Shown here: piece by piece, positions 48,901-61,597 of the stretch | Position numbering within the stretch: the stretch's first letter is position 1 | How the letters are laid out: the number at the start of each line of letters is the position of its first letter | Origin: Ranitomeya imitator | Taxonomy: Eukaryota | Direction of reading: 5' to 3' | Assembly: GCF_032444005.1 (NCBI RefSeq) | Contig: NC_091283.1 | Span: forward strand, 271,684,001 to 271,748,000 | Length of the DNA stretch: 64,000 nucleotides | Program-made: the position numbers and the translations under genes | Notes under the pieces: generated by a model | Seen by the model: the letters and a program-made list of their open reading frames with translations, nothing else | Told to the model about the DNA's origin: nothing | Databases searched by the model: none

Positions 48901-49793
48901 TACTAGGCCCATATAAGAAACTTTCTAATATATCGTATCAGATAATTCTTCCATTTTATCCACCTATGAGCCACTTCTTCTCCTCCCCTCTGCCTCTTGA
49001 ACTCATCACCCACTCTGAAAAACAGCTCAATCCTTCTAACTCAAGACCAGATGGACTGCCAACATTGTATAGAGAGGAGAGGAGGAGTGAAGAGCAGAGT
49101 GAGAAAACAAGAAGAGGGAGACACAGAGAAATCGTGTTGAGCTTTCTAACAAGTCTTTTGTCTCATCTTAGAGGTGGATTCACATCTACACTGCTTAGTA
49201 TTGCTGTATAATGTCCTACATGCTGTTGCTGCTGCGTCTGTCTCAGGGCTAGCTGAGGAAAGAATATCAGGAACCCTTCATCCCTGTGTGTGTGTGCTTT
49301 GCTGAGGATGGGAGACAGTAGAGCAGTTAGTTTTCACCCACTAGCTCAGAGTCAAAGGCAAATTATGAGAGAACGTTCAGAGGGGAAAAGTGGTGAAAAT
49401 GCAGGAAACAAGTATTGTAAAGAAATAGTGTCATGTCCCATATACACACATGTGCCCAACCCATGCTGTAGTCTACATGGACAGAATGTAATTATTCTCT
49501 TGTTGGTCACCGGCAAAGATCACAGTCAAGTTGAAGGTCTGGATCACATTTAAGGTCAGGCTAAAAATCTCGGGGGTGGAGGGTTTGCACTTGTCAAGGT
49601 CTCAAGAGTGGTTTGTAGAACTCAACCAAGTCAAGAGGAGGAACCTTGAGGAGACAGTTTGCATCCAAGTTTCTGCAGCTTATGTTAGAACAGGAGATCA
49701 AGTCATTACACACAAGAAAGCTCAGTGATTGACCTAAGGAGAATGTCATTCAAGAAATAATTCTGAGAACCTTTTATTGACCTGATTACTAAA

Positions 49794-50282
49794 CAGTGGG
49801 GAAAATAAGTATTTGATGCGCTGCTGATTTTGCAAGTTTTCCGACCTACAAAGAATGGAGAGGTCTGTAATTTTTATCGTAGGTACACTTCACCTGTGAG
49901 AGACTAAATCTACAAATAAAAAAACAGAAAATCACATTGTATGATTTCTACATAATTAAATTGCATTTTATTGCCTGAAATAAGTATTTGATCACAGACC
50001 AACAAGCAAGAATGCAGACTCTCACAGAACTGTTAGTTTTTTTATGAAGCCTCCAAGTCTGCACTCATTGCTCCTGTTTAACCTCCTTACCTGTATAAAA
50101 GACACCTGTCCACACACTCAATCACACTTCAACCTCCCCACCATGGCCAAGACCAAAGAGCTGTCTAAGGACACCGGTGACAAAATTCTTGACCTGCACA
50201 AAAGCTTACAGACCTCTCCATTCTTTGTAGGTGGGAAAACTTACAAAATCGGCAGTGTATCAAATACTTATTTTCCCCACTG
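49794..50282 (+). mobile_element. Internally deleted Tc1 element
   Basis: Termini CAGTGGGGAAAATAAGTATTTGAT...ATCAAATACTTATTTTCCCCACTG. A residual [20 protein letters not shown] starts at 50143. Confidence 0.9.
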
Positions 50283-50769
50283 TAAATAATGACAATTCTG
50301 TTGGGACCAGAATTTTGAGATGTTCTGATGTTAATTCAAAATCCATGGGTTCAATTGCAGCCAGTTTTGGAATGTTCTCCAAGACAGAGATCAAAAGAAA
50401 TGAGACGGCTAGGTGTATAGTCTTTCCACTGAAAGCTTTCAAGTGGCACCAGGGCTAAATCACCAATGGTGGAGGAGATGAAGGTGAGCTCTCATCCCAC
50501 TTCTGGGCTTTGGTCCCCACCTAAAAACCTAGTACTGCCACATCTCACTGGCCTGATTAAGCAGTGGACAAAGTGACCAGAACCTACCACAAGCCCTGTC
50601 CTCCTAACTTTACAGAGTGAGCAGACTGGTGGGACAAAGGGGACATTTACACATTCCTCAGAAATCTAAAGCAGAACTGTAGGACAGGTTTGGAACTTTG
50701 GTTGGGGCTCCTGTAAAGATTAAGATCTCCGGTTGAGGACCACTTAGGAAGGTCATCTTTGCTATTTAA

Positions 50770-51138
50770 AGTGGACTTGTCACGTAACATAACTATGTAA
50801 TGTTTTACCTGGTTCTCCTGAATTTGACACTGTTTTACTTTTGTTCCTGAGCCTCTCCATTCCTGAGATATGGTCTTCTCTTCACCTCTTCACTGTATAT
50901 GAATTTAGTCTTTTTGGCCAACTAGGTGTGGTCCTCAAGAAGACACCCATAAAGATGAGTTGAGGAACCCACCAACTTAGTCAAAAAGACTCGCTTTATA
51001 TAAGGGAAAAAAGGGCCATATCTCAGGAATGGAGAGGCTCAGGAACAAAAGAAAAACAGCCCTGGAATCAGGAGAACAGCGACATTTACACGAGTTATAT
51101 AAAAAAAATACATACTAATAGCAAGTGACTGGTCCTTT
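50770..51138. mobile_element. Degenerate T2/Kolobok-type MITE
   Basis: TTAA flanks, imperfect terminal repeats, and internal inverted arms (TTCCTGAGCCTCTCCATTCCTGAGATATGG / CCATATCTCAGGAATGGAGAGGCTCAGGAA). Confidence 0.65.
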
Positions 51139-54100
51139 TTAACTGCAACGTCTGTGTCCATCTAGGCAGCCTTTCTTACAATGGTGAGATGACCATGCAT
51201 GACTGGAAAGGATCAATAAAGGACTTTACAAAGACTACATGATGAAGGCCCAAAGCACGTGAATCATGTGCCCTCCTTATAATCCCATTCTGTTGACCAT
51301 CCCTTTAACTGCAGATAAATTACCATCAAGCAAAGGAGGGCCTTGTTATGAGCAATCAATTTTAGTACCAATTTTTTTCCAATCAAACGAATTCTTTCCA
51401 GAAAATCTCAATTTACATATGTAGCCCCTCTTATCTGATCATGGTAGGTCATTACAAGCCGAGGATGTAACAGTGATGATGTCAGGCCAGTGACCTAACA
51501 CTGATTCTCCATGTCGGGAGCAGAACTCAGAGGATTATGTTTCAATTTAAGAGGAAAAGTAGAAACAGATGTGAGAAGTAGCGAGGACTAGAAGCCAGGA
51601 TTAAGATGTAAAACTCCCCGTGGATGGAGGGAATCGGCTTAGCGTTGGGGATAATTTACACCACTGACATCACCGTTCTTCTCTATGTGTGAATCCGATG
51701 AGACTCGAGATCTAAAGCTGAGACTCGTTATGTAAATATGGGAATGTAAATATTTAAGGAAATATTAGAATATGATCATAGACGGTAATCTACAGGCTCC
51801 GGGGCTAGTGGTCACCAAGCCAACACCCTTGGACTGTTTGATCCATCAAAGAAGTCTACCACAAATCAAGTAATCTCCACAGTAGTTCAGTACCTGAGAA
51901 CAACGTTGTCTCTGTCCAACTTGGAATGGGACTTGAGAGCTTCAAGTCCCGGTTCTAGATGTGGATCTTAATGACATTGGGGACCTCAGCTGTAAGAACT
52001 CACATGTTCTGCTTAATTACCATGTTTCTCATGAATAGCTCAATGGGGGAGGTCTAAGCGTGCATTATTTCTCTGGTATCTGAACACAATTCCATGAGGA
52101 CTTATTTCCTGGTTCTGGTCAAGTTCTGCTCTATCATTGAAAGGCAAAAGAAATGGCTTAAAATTTTGGCCGTTGTGGAGCTACCATGCATCTCTGTGAC
52201 CTACAAAAGGCTTCTGTATCCTCCTCTTCAAGCTCAGGAGGATCCAGGAGCTTGATAGTGTCATTAGCCACATATACTGATATTTGGGTCTCCCTCTGAG
52301 CTTGGAACCTCATCCTTCTCCTGCTAAATTTGGGCCAATAAATATTCCAGTTCATCAAAATTATGAGAAAAGTATTTTTAGCATGAGAAACCTCACACCT
52401 GCGCTGAAATCTCTGACCTACAACTCTAGCTTGCACTCATAGTCTCCATCTGTGCTGCGACCGATGCCAATGCCCTCCACCGGCTGATAATAAGAAAGGT
52501 ATGAAAATTTCTAGTTTTACATAGATGCTCCAAGAGAAGAACATGGAGTGCGGTTGATTCACACTCAATAAAGGATATCTAAAGATAACTCACTAATTTT
52601 CTTTGGGTCAAGATGCCAGAACTTTATCATTTTTGCTTGCTATACTTATGCTCAAAAGTTTACATACTCTGGCAGAATTTTTGCTTTCTTGGCCTTTTTT
52701 CCGAGAATATTAATGATAGATAACACCAAAACTTTTTCTCCACTCATGGCTAGTGGTTTGGTGAAGCCATTTATTGTCAAACTACTGTGTTTTCTCTTCA
52801 TAAATCATAATGACAACCCAAAACATCCAAATGACCCTGATCAAAAGTTCACATACCCCATTTCTTAATACCGTGTATTGCCCCCTCTAACATCAATGAC
52901 AGCTTGAAGTCTTTTGTGGTAGTTGTGGATGAGGTTCTTTATTTTCTCAGATGGTAAAGCTGCCCACTCTTCTTAGCAAAAAGCCTCCAGTTCCTGTAAT
53001 TTCCTGGGCTGTCTAGCATGAACTGCGCGCTTAAGATCTCCCCAGAGTGGCTCAATGATATTGAGGTCAGGAGACTGAGATGGCCACTCCAGAACCTTCA
53101 CTTTGTTGTGCTGTAGCCAATGACAGGTCGACTTGGCCTTGTGTTTGGATCGTTGTCATGTTGTAATTTCCAAGTACATCCCATGCGCAGCTTCCAGGCT
53201 GATGAGTGCAAATTTGCCTCCAGTATTTGCTGATAATATGCTGAATTCATCTTTCCTTCAACTTTGACTAAGTTTCCTGTGCCTTTGTAGCTTAGACATC
53301 CCCAAAACATCAGCAATTCACCTCCATGCTTTACAGTAGGAATGGTGTTTTTTTCATCATAGGCCTTGTTGACCTCTCTCCAAATGTAACGTTTATGGCT
53401 GTTGCCATTGACCTTCCTCCAAATGTAACATTTATGGTTGCTGCCAAAAAGTTAAATTTTGGTCTCATCACTCCAAATTACCTTGTTCCAGAAGTTTTGA
53501 GGCTTGTCACTGTGTTGTTTTGCGTATTGTAGGCGAGATACTTTGTTGCATTTGCGCAGTAATGGCGTTCTTCTGGCGACTCGATCATGCAGCCCATTTT
53601 TCTTCAAGTGCCTCCTTATTGTGCATCTTGACACAGCCGCACCGCAAGTTTTCAGAGAGGCCAGTATTTCAGCTGATGTTATTTGTGGGTCTTTCTTTGC
53701 ATGCCGAATAATAATTTTCCTGGCAGTTGTGGACAACATTTTTGTTGGTCTACCTGATAGTGGTTTTGTTTTTTCAGAGCCCCTGATTTTCCATTTGTTA
53801 ATCACAGTTTGAACGCTGCTGACTGGCATTATCAATTCATTGGATATCTTTTTGTATCCCTTTCCTGTTTTATACATTTCAACTACCTTTTCCAGTAGAT
53901 CCGATGACAATTCTTTTGCTTTCCCCATGACTCACAATTCAGTGGCTGGATGAAAGATGCAAGAGTCTGTCTGGATCCTAAAAACTCACTCAGCTTTTAT
54001 TAACACACACTGATTACAAGCAAACAGGTCACAGGTGAGGATGTTACCTTTAGTAGCCATTCACACCCATTTGTGTCAACTTCTGTGCATGTGATCAGGC

Positions 54101-54351
54101 CAAAATCACGAGGGTATGTGTCACGCTTGCGCCCTGAATGGTTGGCACAAGCCAGGGTGTGTGGCCCCACTATGCCACAAACCAGACTACCCTGGAAGTG
54201 GTGAGACTAAGAAGCTACCTTGGTGTTCACTGGAGCCTTTGATGGTGAGGTCAGACTTGTTCGACAGGTAGCTACCAGCTACCACTCCAGGGTGGTGTCT
54301 GGCTGTGGCTACTGATCCCACTGGGGAACGGAACACTGGCAGGCAGGCAGG

Positions 54352-55466
54352 TGGAACGCCCGCCAGGGCCGTGGGGTATCCAGTACCCAGTACCGGGTCC
54401 GGTGTTCACAGGGGAATGTCACGGTGGCGATCCAGTCCATGGCCCTAGGCACCCATGTAGAAGGGGAAATTGAATAAAGTTTATGTTCGTGATGCCACCT
54501 GTGGTGTTCGGTCAGTGGGGACCGACGCTGCTTAAAGGGGTCCTTTGGGGTGATGGTATGCAGCAAGATGGTGATGCTTCCCACAGGTGAAGCGGGGTCC
54601 CCAGGGCTTCCCAAGTGTAGGGCACCAATGGTGTGGTGGATGTTATGGCAAAGAACGAGGACACATGTTTGCAGTCTTTACCTGGTTTACAGATGGTAGT
54701 AGTCCTCAGTCCAGGGTACCAAGTGCAGGGTAGCTGTGGTCTGGCCGGCTTGGAGGCAATAGGAGATCCCTCTCCCAGGTGATGTCCATAAGCCTTTCCT
54801 ACTTGCGCTATTTTAGTTGGTGAGGTCCCTGTCGCTTGAAGCTTGGTTTCAAAGTCCACTCTGTCCTGTCCTAAGACAGATGTCTGTATGATAGGCAGTG
54901 CGAGCCGGTTTATAAGGTCTCTATCATGACCTGAGCTCTCAGGTTACTGCTTCACCTCAGACTTGATGCGGTCAATTGACATACAGTCCTATGCCCTCCG
55001 GTTCTGACGCGCGTCCTGGAGAACAATACGACCTCGGGCTCCCGGTACCCGGTTTCTGCGCTCTGGCTCCTAGGGTGTTCCCCTCCTGAGCCTCTTCTTC
55101 CTCTGTGCGTCTTCCCTCTAATCTCCTCCACTATTCAACTCTCCTTCGGATTCTCCCTCTTTCCAGGGATAGCAGCTCCCTTGAGGCTGCTCGGCCTCTA
55201 CGTCTGCTCCAGATGTCCTTCTACTTTCCTCTCTCCTCCAGAACGCACTAAGACTGCCTGGCTCCTCCTCCAGACAAGGATATATAAAGTGTAAGGAAGC
55301 TCCCCTGAATCCAGGTCGTGAGCTCCCCCTCCTGGCCTAGATTCAGATGTGTTGAATGCGAGTGCCTTACCTGATAGAGAAAATCTCCCTTGCCTCGAAG
55401 TGTGACATCACCCTCCCCGAAAGGAAGGCAACATCACTGCAACAATCGGTTACCTGGGGTGTTGCA
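54352..55466 (-). mobile_element. Solo LTR (inner), related to 3028-4295
   Basis: Termini TGGAACGCCC...GGGGTGTTGCA and TSD CAGG/AAGG (3/4). Segment 54490-54615 resembles the reverse complement of ~4030-4160. Confidence 0.8.
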
Positions 55467-55606
55467 AAGGCACAGCTGAGACACTGGCAGGCGGATGCGG
55501 CTGAGACACTGGCAGGCAGACACGGCTGAGACAAAAGGGACAGGAAGGGTCTCGAAAGCACAGGAACACGGACAGGTGTGAGTGATATATGGGAACAGGT
55601 AGGGAC

Positions 55607-55898
55607 TAGGGTTGAGCAAAACGGATCGTTCATTTTCAAAAGTCGCCGACTTTTGGCAAAGTCGGGTTTCATGAAACCCGACCCGATCCCTGTGTGGGGT
55701 CGGCCATGCGGTACGCGACTTTCGCGCCAAAGTCGCGTTTCGTATGACGCGCTTGGTGCCATTTTTTCAGCCAATGCAGGAGCGTGGGCAGAGTGATGAC
55801 ATAGGTCTTAGGGGCGTGGACGCCTATCGTCATCTTGTCGATTGTGCGCAGTAGCGATTTGCAATGTGTAACACCAGCTTTTCTGTTCAGGGACGGAG

Positions 55899-55940
<42 letters not shown>

Positions 55941-56124
55941 AAAATAAAAAAAATAAGACAAAAAAAAAAAAAAAATTCCCATTGACTTTGCATTGGGTTT
56001 CGTGTTTTGGTCGATCCCTGACTTTTCGCCATAATCGGCCGATTTCACTCGACTCGACTTTAGAGATAGTCGGGTTTCGCAAAACCCGACTCGACCCTAA
56101 AAAAGTAAAAGTCGCTGAACCCTA
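55607..56124. mobile_element. hAT MITE sharing its terminus with the element ending at 2755
   Basis: Termini TAGGGTTGAGC...GCTGAACCCTA, 8-bp TSD GTAGGGAC/GTAAGGAC, and an internal (GA)n tract. Confidence 0.9.
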
Positions 56125-57374
56125 GTAAGGACCTGTTCAGACTGTAGGAGCAGGGACTGATTCAGGGACGACAAAGACCCGCGAGGTTCAGAACGAGAGT
56201 GGGCATAACTGCAAGCAGCGGAGCAGGGCAGAACCGCAAGGAGCGGAGCAGGGCAGAACCGCAAGGAGGGGAGCAAAGAACGGAGGAGAGCCGCAGGTTG
56301 CAGAGCAGAGTGCAGAACAAAGTCACAGGATGCACAGCAAAGAGCAGAGCAAGGTCGCAGAGTGCAGAGCCGAGATCAGAGCAAAGCTGCAAGGTGCGGA
56401 GCAGAGCAAGGTTGCAGAGTGCGGAGCCGAGAGCAGAGCAAAGCCACAGGGTGCAGAGCAAAGAGCAGAGCAAGGCCACAGAGTGCAGAGCCGAGAGCAG
56501 AGCAAAGCTGCAGGGTGCAGAGCAAAGAGCAGAGCAAGGTCGCAGTGTGCAGAGCTAAGAGCAGAGCAAAGCCGCAGGGTAAGGAGCAGAGCTGTAAGGT
56601 GAGCAGCAGAGCAGGACAGGGCTGAGCAGAAAGGAGTGAGCACAAGGGAAAACACAGTGGAATAGGAAAGGCTACTGACAAGAATACGACCGGACACAGG
56701 AATAGGACTAAGTTCAGACAGGGAACAGAACAAGGACTCGGACCAGGGTACTAAGACCCACTGGGTGGCTGACACAAGGGACACTGGTACAAGCAAGGGT
56801 ACAAAGCCTCCTTGGGTGGCTGACAAAAGAGTAATAGCAGGACAGGACCTGGCACCTCAGCAGCAAGACACTGCTGAGGAATTAAGTTGCTCAGGCATTC
56901 CCCTAGGGGTGAGAATGCCTTAAGTACTTGAGGCCAATTGGCAATTGGCTGGGGAAACCTTAGGAAGGTGCACACTGACACTACAAGAATCAGGAAGTGC
57001 CGGGGCCGCCGCTCTAAGCACACAGCCAGGAAGAATGCAAAGAGCAGGCAGGAGACATGAGGCAGCAGACAGAACTCACTGCATGGCCCAGAGTAGTGAG
57101 TAAGTTGGTGTGTAATGCAGGTGGGGGATGGGAGGCCATGCAGAGTTGTTAGAGTATGTGAACTTTTTATCAGGGTCATTTGGATGTTTTGGGTTGTCAT
57201 TATCATTTAAGAAGAGATAGCACAGTAGTTTGACAATAAATGGCTTCACCCAACCACTAACCATGAGTGGAGAAAACATTCTGATGTTATCATTCATATT
57301 CCCTGAAAAAAAGACAAGAAAGCAAAAAATCTGTCAGAGTATGTAAATTTTTTAGCACAACTGTTTAAGACTAA

Positions 57375-58005
57375 AGGTACCTTCACACACAGCGACGCTG
57401 CAGCGATACCGACAACGATGTCGATCGCTGCAGCGTCGCTGTTTGGTCGCTGGAGAGCTGTCACACAGACCGCTCTCCAGCGACCAACGATGCCGGTAAC
57501 CAGGGTAAACATCGGGTTACTAAGCACAGGGCCGCTTAGTAAAAGTTAAAGTTAAAAAAACAAACACTACATACTTGCCTACCGCTGTCTGTCCCCGGCG
57601 CTGTGCTTCTCTGCTCTGGCTGTGAGCACAGCGGCCGGAAAGCAGAGCGGTGACGTCACAGCGCCGGGGACAGACAGCGGAAGGTAAATATGTAGTGTTT
57701 GTTTTTTTAACTTTTACGATGGTAACCAGGGTAAACATCGGGTTACTAAGCGCGGCCCTGCGCTTAGTAACCCGATGTTTACCCTGGTTACCAGCGAAGA
57801 CATCATTGAATCGGCATCACACACGCCGATTCAGCGATGTCAGCGGGAGAGCCAGCGACCAAATAAAGTTCTGGCCTTCTAGCCCCGACCAGCGACATCA
57901 CAGCAGGATCCTGATCACTGCTGCGTGTCACACTGATTGATATCGCTAGCCAGGACGCTGCAACGTCACGGATCGCTAGCGATATCGTTTAGTGTGAAGG
58001 TACCT
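57375..58005. mobile_element. PIF/Harbinger-type MITE
   Basis: TIR AGGTACCTTCACAC, TAA TSD, and a perfect 33-bp-stem hairpin at 57721-57792. Confidence 0.9.
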
Positions 58006-59504
58006 TAAGCATTCTGTTGATACCAGATTATTTGTGCTGAGACCATGGGAAAAGTTAAAACCAATTTTTCAATGTTCTTCAAGAAAAAGATCAATGGAGG
58101 TCAGGCATTTTGGATCACGACCAACCTCAAATACAGGGGTTTTTCGGTAATGTGCTAAAAATGGAAAAGTGGTTAAATCTCTGCCGGAGACATGCCCTAA
58201 AGAGAACATTTGTGACTGAAAGAAACCATTAATGGAAGACCACTAAAGTAATGTTCGAATATGACTATGACATGAGGGACGATTACTAAGAGGGAAAAAT
58301 GTTTTATATTTTCCAAATTTTCATTATTTAGAAACATTGACTTTTTTTGCCATAGATATTTCTTGCTTCTTTTCAGTCAAGGTGACCTCAGTGACCTTGA
58401 CATTTGGCATTTTTACTGACAGTACAGTGAAGGATACAGTATCCGATCAGTCAAGGAGTGAGGTCTCCAAGCAGGTAAATCTGAGACCGGCTGGGTGGGC
58501 CAACTGTTTCTAATGCTTTGTTCTTAGCTTGCAGCCAAAGTTTTCCTCTTTAGAGTAGATTTACTGTCTCAAGTCTCAGCTGTTGAAAAGTGACAAAACT
58601 CGGAGGCTGCCAACAACTTCTCTATGTCCATTCCCTTAGCTCAGTCTTGCAGGCTTTCGATTAGTCCATTAAACTTTTTAGTAAAGTTTAGGATACTGAG
58701 TCACATCTGAACTTCTGTTATGTGCAGTGTTTGCATGCTATCTGTTACTCACTTTCCCTGGGCTCAGCTGTGGTCTCCTTGTGACACCACCATCCATGTC
58801 CGATTGCTCCTCAGTGATTCCTGCACTCTGCCCTGGCCCTGAAATTCTTGTCCCAAACGCCGATAGCTGCATCTCAATGAGATCGGTTCTGGTGACCTGT
58901 TTAGAGGAGATTCCTTGCTAATGACTTCTTGCTTTTGTTGCTGTTTCTTACCTCCATCTTGTTTGGCATCATTACTTGGTCAAGCTTCTGTCTGACCTGT
59001 TCGATTTGACATCTGTTACTCATTATTCGATTGCGGGTACTGACCCCTGGTCCATACTCTGATTTAAAATTCTGTCTTCACTGATTTGTCACATCCTAAA
59101 GGCTTTCACAATTCTTACCCCTGCCTACACTACAATTCTCCTACGACTTCTGCCCCACTTGCTGACCATTCAGGAAACCTCAACCTATAAATCCGAATGG
59201 GGAATTTATCACCTGTCTACTCAGAACCAAACCCTATCTTCCATATTTGTTATAACTTTGGTCCATATTTTACCCATCATGCAGATCATGAGAATTTAAA
59301 TAATTAGATTACTGAGTTTTCTGCCCAACATTAGTCATGAGTTGAATACTGATTTAATTTACCTGTACCATCAGAAGAAAAGAAGGAAAAACATGTGCGT
59401 AAAGGTCTTTAGCACCCTACATGGGACACATGGGCACACTCGACCTTAGTTTCTAATATCCTAATATGTTCAGCTTTATTGTTGTACAGTTGTGGGCAAA
59501 ACCA

Positions 59505-59965
59505 CAGCCCTAATCTAACCCTAGCCCTAAGCTAACCTTAGCCCTAACCTTAGCCCTAAACTATCCTTAGTCCTAACCCTAGCCCTAAACTAACCTTAGC
59601 CCTAACCCTAGCCTAAACTAACCTTAGCCCTAAGCTAACTTTAGCCATAAGCCTTGCCCTAAACTAACCTGACCCATAACCCTAGCCCTAAACTAACCTT
59701 AGTCCTAACCCTGCCCTAAACTAACCTTAGTCCTAACCCTAGCCATAAACTAACGTTAGCCATAACCCTAACCATAAACTAACCTTAACCATAACCCTAT
59801 CCTAACCCTAGCCCTAAACTATTCTTAGCCATAACCCTAGCCCTTCACTAACCTTAGCCATTACCCTATCCCTAACCCTAAACTATCTTTAGCCATAACC
59901 CAAGCCCTAATCTAACCCTAGCCCGAAACTAACCTTAACCCTAATCTAGCCCTAGCCCTAGCTCT
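59505..59965. repeat. Degenerate telomere-like (CCCTAA/CCCTAG/CCTTAG) repeat
   Basis: Hexamer-phased CCCTAACCCTAGCCCTAAACTAACCTTAG motifs. Confidence 0.85.
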
Positions 59966-61597
59966 AATTACTCTTGAGGCCTACAGTTATAACCGACATG
60001 TATCGATAGCATCTAATAGATTATTTGTCAACTGACCCATAAAATACAGACCCTAAGGAAGGACATAGTAAGCTTCAAGAGGAATGTCAAAAGGGATTGT
60101 TCCACCATGGATCTTAAGATCCCATCATGGTATCAAGCAGGACCCCAACTATTTCTCACCTCTGGTTCCAGCTCTGCACTTCCTCTGGTGCCCGTGGTTC
60201 CTTCTGAATCTGTATCATCTTAAGATAAGCTCTTGTTGCTGTGTATTACTACTTGGTTATATTGTTTAGTCTTTATGCTGACCTTGACTTTGCTCCTGAA
60301 TATGCTGCCTTGTTCTTTGGATTGTCTGTCTGGTACATGTTATTGTTCTCTTAGATCACAAATCTAATGTTTGGTATCACCGTAATGATACTAAAAAATC
60401 ATGTTTCCAGATCACTTTTAACATACAATAAACTCCATCAAAGCAAAACCCCCAAAAGTCTTCAGTATAATATTGTTCAATTATTTCATCCCATTTTCAT
60501 TATTTAGGACGTTATATGGTGTAATTCAAAACTACAATAAAACAGTCCTCGTTTGACATGTCAATATTGTAGTAGAAACATTATGACTCGTGGAAGAACT
60601 GGAGGACACATGAAAACTCTAAAATGGAATAATCTCCTGACCAGTGGAACCCTTGAACTCCACACTCAAGTCTACCCTGTGCCAAAGTCATATTATGGCT
60701 TTTGGAATCCACATTTCTGATACTTAACACCACCACATGGTCATTTAAAGACTTAGGTTGTCCAGTCTGACCAAGGATGGCTATCATATTTATGATGTAA
60801 GGTCAATAAAAAAGGCCAAGAAGAGATTGTCCATGGAATTGAGGAAGTAGAGGAGACAACCTTACTGCAATTGAGTCACAAGAGAGACCTTCATCTTCTA
60901 CCCAGGTGCAGTCATCGAGATCTCTGGAAAAAAAATGAAGAAGTGAAGATCTGGGTTGTGTCACCCGTCATCCACACGCGTTTCCAAAGGCTTAAAAAAA
61001 TTAAGCAGAGAGAAACCTGAGTAACAAAAGGATTGTGTTTATTCATTCCTCCTCTCACTGTAAGGATGTTGTAAACTGACTTTTTAACCAAGTATTAGGC
61101 AAGATTTGGGAGCGAGCCATCCTATAATAAACACTGACATGCTTGTATTCAAATATTTACTTAATACCGTGGAATAACTTATAATGAGCGGAGCGGGGCT
61201 GCCGTATGGACCCGAGTGCTGAAGGATCAGGTCCCACAAGACAGAAATAATGAAAATCCAAAGTAAGAGAAGAACCTACCACCACCAGGACAATCTCCAG
61301 TCCTCATGCCATCTGAAATAATTATGGTGATTCCAACAACCTTTTTAAATCCTTCCATAGATATATCTAGATGAATACCTGGTTTCTAGTACTGTCCTAT
61401 CGTTATCAAATGAGACCCCACTTTTGGTTATAGCCATTAGGCTCTATGGTTGGGTTGGCTTCACTGATCCTCCATGTTCCGACTAAGATTGATGGCCGTA
61501 CATTCCCAATTGTACAAGTATAAAACACATGTAAGAGCAGTAAGTACAGTTCGGAATTGATACGGGATGCCCAGATAGATTGTCATGAAAAAATATA

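Larger units (their letters stand above)
54119..57153. mobile_element. Solo LTR (outer) carrying nested insertions
   Basis: Termini TGTCACG...GTTAGA (decayed GTTACA), a 5-bp TSD GTATG (54114-54118, 57154-57158), and an internal GCAGAGC-rich tandem repeat at 56200-56620. Confidence 0.75.
52643..57363 (-). mobile_element. IR/DR-type Tc1 element, decayed, with a nested LTR in one IR
   Basis: Ends resemble CAGTTRTGCT(C/A)AAAA(G/A)TTTACATAC, with long IRs at 52643-~52860 and ~57154-57363. Transposase fragments MGKAKELS...WSDETKI (53928-53452) and LMFWGC...QHDNDP (53316-53098). Confidence 0.88.

Noticed and set aside
56162-56826. Repetitive QSRAE/LCS ORFs
   Set aside because: Tandem repeat inside an LTR.
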